Of a stretch of DNA of 43,976 nt, positions 29,386 to 37,169 are shown in pieces (the stretch's first letter is position 1; the number at the start of each line of letters is the position of its first letter). A program made the translations under genes and the position numbers. Location of the stretch: IMG/VR virus record IMGVR_UViG_3300025943_000016, positions 1 to 43,976 of that record. One strand, written 5' to 3'. Source of the stretch: a virus (lineage: Duplodnaviria > Caudoviricetes). The notes under the pieces are model-generated. The model was not told the origin of the DNA. It was given only the letters and a program-made list of their open reading frames with translations, and did no database searches.

Positions 29386-29414
29386 TTGCAATCCTTTTTA
29401 TAATGTTGTATATT
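29386..29414 (+). promoter_or_regulatory. Early sigma70 promoter P1
   Basis: TTGCAA-17 nt-TATATT with an AT-rich upstream region. Confidence 0.7.
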
Positions 29415-29420
29415 AGTAAA

Positions 29421-29452
29421 AGAGGGTAGCGCAAGGCGCAAATAAACCCTCT
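29421..29452 (+). ncRNA. Structured 5' leader motif, copy 1
   Basis: AGAGGGT-A-GCGC aag GCGC-AAATAA-ACCCTCT. Confidence 0.6.
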
Positions 29453-29469
29453 ACCGTTGGAGGTGAATT

Positions 29470-30084
29470 ATGATAGAAATATACAAAAACAAGTTTATTA
29501 CAGTGGAAACAAAAGGATATAGGGATAGATTTATTACAGCAAAAACAATATATAATATTGAATATAAGCTTAGCACAATGAGCTTTATTGCAAAAGTCTC
29601 TTTTGATAATAGAGAAAAAGCAGTGGGTTTTATGTATAACGCACTTAGTTTTCCCATTAACGAGGCCAATCATGAATTAGACACCCGCCCAGAAAGCACC
29701 TATATATCCGGGGATACTACAATAGGAACAACAAAAGAAATTTGTCTTTCCCTTAACGATGTTAAATCCATAAATGCATATCTATCTTTATTGCCTAAAG
29801 ATGAAGATATGGATCAATATAAGACTGAACTATCGAAGCATTTAGAACAACACCCCTTAACCGATGATATTAAACAGATCGTTGATTGGCAAATTGCTAA
29901 ATGTGATTTGGCTAATTTCCTTAAATATGGACATAAAAACGGACATCAGGCAGCCCTGCAGGCTGGTGTGGAAGTACCCAATCCGGATAAAAGCGCCGCA
30001 GATGCAATCAGAGATTTAATAAGACGATCTCTTTATTATTGTAAACCAACAATAAATGAGTTATTTATTGCTCCGCAAGTTTAA
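29470..30084 (+). CDS. Hypothetical early protein
   Basis: 204-aa ORF with GGAGGT SD; first gene after P1. Confidence 0.75.
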   Translation: MIEIYKNKFITVETKGYRDRFITAKTIYNIEYKLSTMSFIAKVSFDNREKAVGFMYNALSFPINEANHELDTRPESTYISGDTTIGTTKEICLSLNDVKSINAYLSLLPKDEDMDQYKTELSKHLEQHPLTDDIKQIVDWQIAKCDLANFLKYGHKNGHQAALQAGVEVPNPDKSAADAIRDLIRRSLYYCKPTINELFIAPQV

Positions 30085-30094
30085 GTAAATTACA

Positions 30095-30170
30095 CGTTGG
30101 AGCGGACTACGTAACCGCTCCAACGGTTCACCCTGCCGGTGTATAATGTTCTATCCGGCAGGGTTCTTTT
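30095..30170 (+). terminator. Two tandem hairpins, the second followed by a T-tract
   Basis: CGTTGGAGCGG/CCGCTCCAACG, then ACCCTGCCGG/CCGGCAGGGT followed by TCTTTT. Confidence 0.6.
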
Positions 30171-30183
30171 GAAAGGGGTTTAA

Positions 30184-30357
30184 ATGGATGTTGCTATATT
30201 TCTTTCTCTGATAGTCCTACCGGTAATAATTATAGCTTCTTTTTCCTTATATGGAATTGCACATAAGGGGATAAAGTGGAATGTTATAGGAGTATTTTTA
30301 TTTATTATAGCTATAATAATAGCCTTTATAGTATTAAAGCTATTTGGTGCTATTTGA
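30184..30357 (+). CDS. 57-aa two-TM membrane protein (not in the ORF track)
   Basis: MDVAIFLSLIVLPVIIIASFSLYGIAHKGIKWNVIGVFLFIIAIIIAFIVLKLFGAI, with AAAGGGG SD. Confidence 0.65.
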   Translation: MDVAIFLSLIVLPVIIIASFSLYGIAHKGIKWNVIGVFLFIIAIIIAFIVLKLFGAI

Positions 30358-30388
30358 TGCTGCAGGGTTCTTTTGAAAGGAGACTTAT

Positions 30389-30613
30389 TTGTTAGATAAT
30401 CAACCACACTTCTACAACACAACAGAAGGCTTATTAGTATTAGGTGAAAAGTTAGGTAATAAAATAATAAACATTAGAGCAACAGCAGAGCGCCTTAAAG
30501 ACGGTTCATTTAGTTGTATAGTTGGTGGATGTTATTATAAAAATGTTCCTTCTAAAGAATTAGCTGTTGATTATATAAGGAAGACTTTAAATATAGGAGA
30601 AATGTTATGGTAA
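30389..30613 (+). CDS. Hypothetical protein
   Basis: AAGGAG SD and TTG start; part of the operon. Confidence 0.55.
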   Translation: MLDNQPHFYNTTEGLLVLGEKLGNKIINIRATAERLKDGSFSCIVGGCYYKNVPSKELAVDYIRKTLNIGEMLW

Positions 30614-30825
30614 TTCTACCAACGGCAATTGATTTTAAACGTAGAAGAGTGGAATCTTCTGAAAATATTAAAAATTTTTTGAAAGAGCTTAATTCATTAG
30701 ATGCAAAAGAGAATAAACTTGAATTATGTATCCCTTTTACACCGGATGAGCTATCCTACATTAAAGCGCGTGGGTATAGTATAGCCTGGAGCAGCCCTTG
30801 TAAATGGTGGGTAGTGTCATTCTAA
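30607..30825 (+). CDS. Hypothetical protein
   Basis: AGGAG SD; translationally coupled. Confidence 0.6.
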   Translation: MVILPTAIDFKRRRVESSENIKNFLKELNSLDAKENKLELCIPFTPDELSYIKARGYSIAWSSPCKWWVVSF

Positions 30826-31475
30826 TGATAACTACTAAATACAATAATTTAGAAGAAAAACAGATTAATATATTTCATAATCTTTTTTCAATCTTTAATG
30901 AAAAGCTTTTTAATAATGAATTAAAGAAACCTATTATCTTAATTGATTATAATGTTAAAAAGGCTACGGGATACGCATCAAACAAACGTTTAATTGATAA
31001 TGAAACAAAACAAGAAAACTCAGTTCTCGGTCTTAATCCTGATTTTTTTGATGACAGATTAGAGTTGTTACAAACATTAGCACATGAAATGTGCCATTTA
31101 TGGGAGTATCAGCAACCGGGATATAACAGCAACAATAACAGACATACAAAGCTCTGGGCGGATAAAATGGAATCAATTGGCTTAATGCCGTCAAGCACAG
31201 GAAAAATTGGTGGAAAAAGAACAGGTTCAAAAGTGCTTGATTATATAATAGACTATAGCCCTTTTGCTATGGAAGCTCAAAGTATATTAGATAATAATCG
31301 GGAAATAGCCTATTTATTAGGTAAACTGATTAAAGCTAAAGAATCAAGGATAAATAAGACTTATAAATATGTCTGCCCTTTATGCAAGTGCACCCTACGG
31401 GGAAAATCCGGGCTTGATATTATTTGTGGAGTCTGTATGGAGACTATGGATGAAGTGGTTAAAACTAATGCGTAA
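30825..31475 (+). CDS. SprT-like zinc metallopeptidase
   Basis: 'TLAHEMCHLW...H...W..KME.IGL.PS.TG..GG..TG' plus C-terminal CxxC/CxxC. Confidence 0.85.
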   Translation: MITTKYNNLEEKQINIFHNLFSIFNEKLFNNELKKPIILIDYNVKKATGYASNKRLIDNETKQENSVLGLNPDFFDDRLELLQTLAHEMCHLWEYQQPGYNSNNNRHTKLWADKMESIGLMPSSTGKIGGKRTGSKVLDYIIDYSPFAMEAQSILDNNREIAYLLGKLIKAKESRINKTYKYVCPLCKCTLRGKSGLDIICGVCMETMDEVVKTNA

Positions 31476-31491
31476 ATAGCTCTCTTTTCTC

Positions 31492-31520
31492 TTGACTCTA
31501 TGCATTAAATAGACTATATT
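31492..31520 (+). promoter_or_regulatory. Early sigma70 promoter P2
   Basis: TTGACT-17 nt-TATATT. Confidence 0.8.
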
Positions 31521-31525
31521 GTATG

Positions 31526-31562
31526 TATAAGGTAAGCATTAAGTGCAAATAAATACCTTGTA
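31526..31562 (+). ncRNA. Structured 5' leader motif, copy 2
   Basis: TATAAGGTA-A-GCAT taa GTGC-AAATAAA-TACCTTGTA. Confidence 0.6.
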
Positions 31563-31576
31563 AAGAGGGGAAGGTA

Positions 31577-31762
31577 ATGATGAAGCGTATTGAAACGGAA
31601 AATGATAGAAATAATGCAAGATGCGGAGTAAAGGTGTGCTCTCCATCAAGTAAATGTTGGGGGTGCCCTATAGCGGATGAGATAGAAAAAGAAAACGCTT
31701 TAACCGATGAAGCGGAATTTCAAAACTTTATAGCTGAGGAGTTTCCGCAAGATTTTGATTGA
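31577..31762 (+). CDS. Small hypothetical protein (Cys-rich, acidic tail)
   Basis: SD present; first gene after P2. Confidence 0.6.
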   Translation: MMKRIETENDRNNARCGVKVCSPSSKCWGCPIADEIEKENALTDEAEFQNFIAEEFPQDFD

Positions 31763-31766
31763 CTTA

Positions 31767-31904
31767 ATGGGTGATTATCATGATGACATCTGCCCTATCT
31801 GTGGGAAACAGATAGAAGAGGTGGGTGATAGATATACTGAGTTAGGTTCTATTATGTGTAAACTTTGTCAAAATGCATTAGAGTTAATAGAAGAAAATGA
31901 TTAA
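31767..31904 (+). CDS. 45-aa zinc-finger-like protein (not in the ORF track)
   Basis: MGDYHDDICPICGKQ...MCKLCQN, with two CxxC motifs. Confidence 0.45.
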   Translation: MGDYHDDICPICGKQIEEVGDRYTELGSIMCKLCQNALELIEEND

Positions 31905-31932
31905 ACATTTTAATAATAATAAAGGAGAAATT

Positions 31933-32283
31933 ATGGCTATTGAAAACACAAGCAACCACCCCGGGTTTATACCCGCATTTGGAGGAGATTCCTCTGTGAT
32001 TGAATCACAGGAAAGAGCTGGTCAGCAAGAGTTAGTAAACTCTTCACAGTTACCAAAAAGAGGGATTGAAGAGGCTTGTAAAGAGATAACAGTAATAGGG
32101 GATTCAAAGGAAGATGCTTTATTTGTTGATGTTAAACTACCTAAAGGATGGAAAATTATTGAGGACAATCCGCCTTATTGGTCTGCCTTAATTGATGAAA
32201 AGGAGAAAGTAAGAGCAAAAATATTTTATAAAGCTGCCTTTTATGATAGGAGAGCATTTATAAAGTTTATGCTTATATATTAA
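31933..32283 (+). CDS. Phage hypothetical protein
   Basis: AAAGGAG SD; 'LP.GW...IFYKAAFYDR' motif. Confidence 0.7.
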   Translation: MAIENTSNHPGFIPAFGGDSSVIESQERAGQQELVNSSQLPKRGIEEACKEITVIGDSKEDALFVDVKLPKGWKIIEDNPPYWSALIDEKEKVRAKIFYKAAFYDRRAFIKFMLIY

Positions 32284-32301
32284 AATACTTATCATTTATG
32301 C

Positions 32302-32330
32302 TTGACTCTTAATGTTAAATACCTTATATT
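32302..32330 (+). promoter_or_regulatory. Early sigma70 promoter P3
   Basis: TTGACT-17 nt-TATATT; shares downstream TATGTATAAGGT with P2. Confidence 0.8.
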
Positions 32331-32337
32331 ATATGTA

Positions 32338-32376
32338 TAAGGTTAATGAACGAAGAGTTCATAAATAAAAACCTTA
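32338..32376 (+). ncRNA. Structured 5' leader motif, copy 3
   Basis: TAAGGTT-A-ATGAAC gaaga GTTCAT-AAATAAA-AACCTTA. Confidence 0.6.
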
Positions 32377-32388
32377 AAGGAGCACAGA

Positions 32389-32523
32389 ATGGTACAAATA
32401 ACAATCTATGACAAAGAAAACAGAATAATTGACACAATAAAAACAACTGCTGCGGAATTAAAACTTACAGTTAACTTAATAATGTCCTGGTATTTTAAAG
32501 GAGAACAGAATGGTACATTATAA
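32389..32523 (+). CDS. 44-aa hypothetical protein (not in the ORF track)
   Basis: AAAGGAG SD; MVQITIYDKENRIID resembles ITVYGKDGEVID of the next ORF. Confidence 0.5.
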   Translation: MVQITIYDKENRIIDTIKTTAAELKLTVNLIMSWYFKGEQNGTL

Positions 32524-32746
32524 AAGCAGAGTAACAGAAACAAACGGGAACGCAGAAAACGGAATCCGTGGATCAAGAATCACTGTTTATGGAAAAGACG
32601 GGGAAGTAATTGACCGTTTTTCCATACCGGTAAGAGGTGCAAGATATTATTGCGCTAAATACCCTAATGGTGTGTATGGCAAACGTTGCACCGAAGCGGT
32701 TAATAAAATGAAAGCACAGCTTGAGAAGGTAGAACAAAATAGCTAA
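32510..32746 (+). CDS. Hypothetical protein
   Basis: AAAGGAG SD; 78 aa. Confidence 0.65.
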   Translation: MVHYKSRVTETNGNAENGIRGSRITVYGKDGEVIDRFSIPVRGARYYCAKYPNGVYGKRCTEAVNKMKAQLEKVEQNS

Positions 32747-32788
32747 TTGTTCTCCTTTCTCCTTTAATCATGCCCAGGGAAACCTGGG

Positions 32789-32840
32789 CTTGTAATGTAG
32801 CCGATGCCGGTCACAAGCCCGGATAAATTCAGAGTGAAAG
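32789..32840 (+). ncRNA. Twister self-cleaving ribozyme, type P1
   Basis: UAA-UGUA-GC-CGAU-GCCGG-UCACAAGC-CCGG-AUAAA-UUCA-GA-GUG matches the twister layout, including the CAC/GUG and GC/GC pseudoknots. Confidence 0.85.
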
Positions 32841-32849
32841 GGGTTTAAT

Positions 32850-33005
32850 ATGTATAACGTTTATGACCATATCAACAAATATGCGGAGGATAATGAACTC
32901 CACCGTCAAACTATGATTGATGATGCCAGGAAAAACTTTCCGGAAATTTCGTATAAAGAAATTTCTGATATAGTCGATGTTGTTATAGAAAATTCTTGTG
33001 AATGA
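32850..33005 (+). CDS. 51-aa acidic hypothetical protein (not in the ORF track)
   Basis: MYNVYDHINKYAEDNELHRQ...; its AAAGGGG SD overlaps the twister 3' end. Confidence 0.6.
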   Translation: MYNVYDHINKYAEDNELHRQTMIDDARKNFPEISYKEISDIVDVVIENSCE

Positions 33006-33414
33006 TATATATGCTTGCCGACCTTTAACAAGGCGCATAGGAAGAAACGAGGCAAGGGCTTTTATGCTAAACTACAATAAAGGGGATATGTTAATAAATG
33101 AATTAGAGGAAATTATCATAATAAGGGATGTTTCTGTTTATGGTGTTTACTATCAATCTTTTGGTGATGATCAGACGCATTTTTTGATATTTTCAGCACT
33201 GGAAGGCTATAATTTTATTGAAAAAGAATTGGCGGTTAAAAAGCTAAAGATAAAGCTGTCTAAAAAAACAGTCAATGATTGTCTTTGCCTTGCTGCTGCT
33301 TTTGTAAGAATTGTTGATATGGCCGCAGAGGATAGGGCAGTTTGTGCTGTTAATTTAGCGGATGGTGTGTCTACCGTAAATAATTTAATCAGCTGGTTTA
33401 AAACAGAGGAGTAA
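32998..33414 (+). CDS. Hypothetical protein
   Basis: Coupled ORF in the early operon. Confidence 0.6.
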   Translation: MNDIYACRPLTRRIGRNEARAFMLNYNKGDMLINELEEIIIIRDVSVYGVYYQSFGDDQTHFLIFSALEGYNFIEKELAVKKLKIKLSKKTVNDCLCLAAAFVRIVDMAAEDRAVCAVNLADGVSTVNNLISWFKTEE

Positions 33415-33416
33415 TC

Positions 33417-33626
33417 ATGGACAAAGTCTTAATAACGGTAGAAGCGCTGAAAGAGATTGAAATATTTCTTTCAGCGCTTGAAAGGACAAAGACAGAGTTG
33501 CAGAAATTCACAGCTAAAGAGGGGAATGGGCGCTTTGTCCATAAATTAAATGGAATAAGTGCAAAATTATTTATGGGGATCAATGCCATTCGCTCATGGA
33601 TAAAGATAGGAACAAAGGGGGAATAA
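33417..33626 (+). CDS. Hypothetical protein
   Basis: GAGGAG SD. Confidence 0.6.
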   Translation: MDKVLITVEALKEIEIFLSALERTKTELQKFTAKEGNGRFVHKLNGISAKLFMGINAIRSWIKIGTKGE

Positions 33627-33627
33627 T

Positions 33628-33861
33628 ATGGATAAGTTAGATGTTCTTAAAAAAGAGTTCGGTGGCACAATAACGGAAATAGATAATCAGAGACAGTACC
33701 AATTAACAGACGGAAAAAATCTGCTGCTTGTTAGTTTTGTGCATGAATGTCTTAAAGTTATTTATAGGGATAAATCCGGAGATGAAGAAATGCACTTATT
33801 TAAACATTTTTTGAGTGTAGAGGGCTTTATCAAATTAAAAGGCTTTAAAGGAGTAATTTAA
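33628..33861 (+). CDS. Hypothetical protein, similar to the N-terminus of 33864-34463
   Basis: 'LKKEFGG...QYQL' versus 'LKADFGG...QYRL'. Confidence 0.6.
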   Translation: MDKLDVLKKEFGGTITEIDNQRQYQLTDGKNLLLVSFVHECLKVIYRDKSGDEEMHLFKHFLSVEGFIKLKGFKGVI

Positions 33862-33863
33862 TC

Positions 33864-34463
33864 ATGGATAATATTTTTTATGAGCTTAAAGCAGATTTCG
33901 GTGGTGATGTCTTTGTTTATGGGGACTATTCTCAATATAGGTTAAAAACTGATGAAATGTTAATCACTGTGGATATAGCTATTGCAAGAAACCCACAAAC
34001 AGACATTATCGGTGATATGTTTAAGGTTGTTTGTAATAGTTTTTGCGGTTTATATCATGAAACATGTATACTACAAAAATTATCCTCTGTTAAAGATTGT
34101 CTTAAAAGACATATTGAAAAAGTTTTTTCTTTAAGCTATAATAAACAAGCTTTAATTGATGTTCTGTTAGAATCTACTAAAGATATTAAAAAAGAGCTTA
34201 AAGGATGTCTAACAAATAACAAAAGTAAAAAGTTAAATGGTATTGATACGAATCTTTTTACCTTACATAAAAATGAAAAAGTTACTCTGGTTAAATCTGA
34301 AAAGTTTGTAGTGGCTTGTCTTTATGATTTTAATGATACTGGTCACCCCATATGGGCTTTAGAAGAACATGATAACTATGATAGTGCTTTAGAATCATAT
34401 AACAAACAACATAACTGCTATCATGCTATAAGGCTTTTTAAGGTAATGAAAGAAGGAGAATAG
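33864..34463 (+). CDS. Hypothetical protein
   Basis: AAGGAG SD; 199 aa. Confidence 0.65.
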   Translation: MDNIFYELKADFGGDVFVYGDYSQYRLKTDEMLITVDIAIARNPQTDIIGDMFKVVCNSFCGLYHETCILQKLSSVKDCLKRHIEKVFSLSYNKQALIDVLLESTKDIKKELKGCLTNNKSKKLNGIDTNLFTLHKNEKVTLVKSEKFVVACLYDFNDTGHPIWALEEHDNYDSALESYNKQHNCYHAIRLFKVMKEGE

Positions 34464-34466
34464 ACT

Positions 34467-35126
34467 ATGCAATTTATAGAAGGAAACGAAAAAATTGTTC
34501 AGATACTAAAAACACTTTTGCTTGATGCGGAAAGTGAATGGAGTAAGTATGAAGGTACTAACAAAGAAGCTCTTAAGCTATTTTATATAGTGTTAGGGAT
34601 TAAAGGTGTAATAATGTGTTTACAAAGCCTTACTGACTGGATACTTTTAAGTTATAATGATGAGCTTATATTAGAAAATAAGAATATTATTAAATTGCTT
34701 AATGCACTTTTGCTTGATGCGGAAAGCGAATGTATTAAATATTGTAGGGATAAGCAAGATAGCGCGGTTAACAAAGAGGCTTTTAAGCTGGGATATATAC
34801 AATCTGGTATTAACACTCTAATAAACAGCATAGAGCGAAAAACTCAAGATAATATGCACAGTCTAATTAAAAAAGTAACAGGTGAAGACTACCAGGAAGA
34901 CTTTATAAATTACTTTCATAGCATTTATTGTATACCAGAATGCGGCTGTGAGTGTAACGAGCATTATATTGAAGGTGCTGACTTAAAAGATATTTTAGGT
35001 TGTTGTATCGTTAAACATAGTGAAAAAGAAGCTATTGATATAATCAACACTGTTATTGATAATGTTGATAAGGAGTATTATTGGGAGGGGGCTATAGGCT
35101 GGAAAAAGATTGAGTATTTAGGTTAA
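34467..35126 (+). CDS. Hypothetical protein with an internal duplication
   Basis: 'LLLDAESE..KY...NKEA.KL.YI' occurs twice. Confidence 0.7.
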   Translation: MQFIEGNEKIVQILKTLLLDAESEWSKYEGTNKEALKLFYIVLGIKGVIMCLQSLTDWILLSYNDELILENKNIIKLLNALLLDAESECIKYCRDKQDSAVNKEAFKLGYIQSGINTLINSIERKTQDNMHSLIKKVTGEDYQEDFINYFHSIYCIPECGCECNEHYIEGADLKDILGCCIVKHSEKEAIDIINTVIDNVDKEYYWEGAIGWKKIEYLG

Positions 35127-35130
35127 TAGC

Positions 35131-35394
35131 ATGGATGACAAAATATTTAAAGAGCTTCTGGAAATATTAGAGGAAAACTCTGAAACACATATCATATATA
35201 AAGAAAAGAACTCATTAGGCAAAGAAGTATACTATCGCTTTTTACAAAACAGACAAAATATTATGGCTACTATTATAACCACAAATACTTTAGATAAAGA
35301 AAAAACCTTTAACTTTATAAAATATGAATCAAGAACAGTAGTTAGAATATCCGCTTTGAAGTGGGCTTTTAATATAGAAGAAAAGGAGCTTTAA
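35131..35394 (+). CDS. Hypothetical protein
   Basis: Tightly packed operon ORF. Confidence 0.55.
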   Translation: MDDKIFKELLEILEENSETHIIYKEKNSLGKEVYYRFLQNRQNIMATIITTNTLDKEKTFNFIKYESRTVVRISALKWAFNIEEKEL

Positions 35395-35395
35395 C

Positions 35396-35593
35396 ATGGA
35401 TGATATAACAGCAAATGAATTAAAGAAACTTTTGGAAGATGCGGATAATGCATATACAGCTTATAAAGGTTATGAAGTGATTGGTGATCCATATGAAGAT
35501 GATAATTCTCCTTGCAAGTTTAAATATAGCTATGTTAAATCTGGCATAGAGCATATATTAAAAAATCATTTTGATAAAACAGAGGGGCGGTAG
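35396..35593 (+). CDS. Hypothetical protein
   Basis: AAGGAG SD. Confidence 0.6.
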   Translation: MDDITANELKKLLEDADNAYTAYKGYEVIGDPYEDDNSPCKFKYSYVKSGIEHILKNHFDKTEGR

Positions 35594-35777
35594 TATGTAT
35601 GTTGTTAGTATAGACAAATATCCACCAATAAAGATGTCCTTTATTGAAGCGCGGGAGGTTCTTTTATTAAGAGGATACAACAATAAGAAATTTACACCTA
35701 ACTACTTATCATCATTAAATAAGTTAATTTTTAATGGTGTAACTATTAACATTATTAAAGGGAAAAAATATGTTTGA
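35571..35777 (+). CDS. Hypothetical protein (start probably the internal ATG)
   Basis: Operon ORF. Confidence 0.5.
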   Translation: MIKQRGGSMYVVSIDKYPPIKMSFIEAREVLLLRGYNNKKFTPNYLSSLNKLIFNGVTINIIKGKKYV

Positions 35778-36024
35778 CTATATAAGAGAATTTGTAGGAG
35801 AGGAAAGGAAGGGTATAATATCTAAACTTGTAACAGATATAGAGACACTTTATGAATTACATAAAGATATGAGTCTTTTATATGGTGTTTATTTAGGCGA
35901 ATTAAAAGTGCTTACCGGGAATGTCATTGATTTTAATAGAGCTTTGTCAAATGTGCTGAATCCCGCTATGTTTGAAGTATTTGGTGAAGCATTTCTTAAA
36001 ATAAAGATAGGTAATATAAAATAA
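35770..36024 (+). CDS. Paralog family member 1 of 3
   Basis: 'YGVYLGE...LNPAMFEVFGE.FLKI.I'. Confidence 0.7.
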   Translation: MFDYIREFVGEERKGIISKLVTDIETLYELHKDMSLLYGVYLGELKVLTGNVIDFNRALSNVLNPAMFEVFGEAFLKIKIGNIK

Positions 36025-36037
36025 AAGGAAGTGTAAA

Positions 36038-36313
36038 ATGTCCGATTATATAAAGGAATTTATAACAAAAGTAAACGATAAGAAAAATGAAGATATTATT
36101 TTTAATAAACTTGTTAAAGAAATAAGGAAGCTTAATAAGGTGTTAAATAATATGACTTTAGTCTATGGTGTTTATTTAGGTGAAGCAAGAGTAACGGCGT
36201 TAAATAAATATATGTTTAGTGATATTATTGATAATGTAGTAAACCCCGCTTTTTATATAGTATTCAGTGAAAGCTTTTTGGATATATGTATTGGTGCAAT
36301 TAAAGAGAGGTGA
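36038..36313 (+). CDS. Paralog family member 2 of 3
   Basis: 'YGVYLGE...VNPAFYIVFSESFLDI'. Confidence 0.7.
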   Translation: MSDYIKEFITKVNDKKNEDIIFNKLVKEIRKLNKVLNNMTLVYGVYLGEARVTALNKYMFSDIIDNVVNPAFYIVFSESFLDICIGAIKER

Positions 36314-36317
36314 TAGT

Positions 36318-36572
36318 ATGTATGAATTTTTAGAAACATATTTTTTAAATAATGGGGGTAAGGAACAAGCTATGACTATTCTTAAAGAAAAAATAAGCTC
36401 TTTATATAAAGAAAATAACAATATAGCAATTGTTTATGGATTTATTATGGGATTAACCAGAGCGCGTATAGTCTATGACGGGAACTATTTAACGTTCATT
36501 AAAGATTTTTTAAATCCTGCTATGTTTGAAGTGTTTGGTGAAGAGTTTTTAAAGATAAGAATAGAGGGGTAA
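36318..36572 (+). CDS. Paralog family member 3 of 3
   Basis: 'YGFIMG...LNPAMFEVFGEEFLKIRI'; GAGGTG SD before ATG 36318. Confidence 0.7.
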   Translation: MYEFLETYFLNNGGKEQAMTILKEKISSLYKENNNIAIVYGFIMGLTRARIVYDGNYLTFIKDFLNPAMFEVFGEEFLKIRIEG

Positions 36573-36574
36573 GT

Positions 36575-36823
36575 ATGGAAAAAATAATAAACGATCAAAG
36601 GGAAAAAGATATAAGAAAAGTGTGCAAAGCGCTGTTGTACTTTCATTTTGTATGTGTTACTCCGGAGCAGGATGAGTGGGTACATTGCAGGTATTGCAAA
36701 AGTAGCGGAGTAATGGCAAAGAATTTCAGATTTCTCCATAGAGGGGAGCAGCGAGCAGCAGCAAAAAGAATTAAGCATGATATATACTGCCCCGTACTTA
36801 TTGCAAAAGATTTACTAACATAG
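36575..36823 (+). CDS. Hypothetical protein, possibly zinc-binding
   Basis: 'CRYC...H...CP' motif. Confidence 0.55.
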   Translation: MEKIINDQREKDIRKVCKALLYFHFVCVTPEQDEWVHCRYCKSSGVMAKNFRFLHRGEQRAAAKRIKHDIYCPVLIAKDLLT

Positions 36824-36830
36824 AGATATA

Positions 36831-37169
36831 ATGGAAAAGATAAATGAAAAATTAGACATAATAAAGCAGGCTTTAGCAAAGGTTAGATACTTTAGTAATG
36901 ATTATGGAATATCCTTTTGTGGTGTAGCTGTAGTTAGTGAAAAAATAAAGGCCGCGGAAAATGCTATTGTCTTTCTTGAATCATTACCACATAACAATAT
37001 ATTGATAATAAAAGAACACATAAAAACAATAAAAGAAGCTTTAAACGCTATTATGTTTAGAGTTAATGACTATGGAATGAAAAAGTATAAATGGAAAGCA
37101 GTAAAAGATAAAATAACCGCTGCAGAGGGTGCTCTTGCTTCTCTTCCCGGATGTTATGCGAATGTGTAA
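36831..37169 (+). CDS. Hypothetical protein with an internal duplication
   Basis: 'IK.AL......NDYG.......V..KI.AAE.A' occurs twice. Confidence 0.65.
   Translation: MEKINEKLDIIKQALAKVRYFSNDYGISFCGVAVVSEKIKAAENAIVFLESLPHNNILIIKEHIKTIKEALNAIMFRVNDYGMKKYKWKAVKDKITAAEGALASLPGCYANV

Noticed and set aside
29421-32376. Leader motifs as pistol or hammerhead ribozymes
   Set aside because: They have an A-rich strand but lack the pistol pseudoknot and core, and lack the CUGANGA/GAAA hammerhead core.
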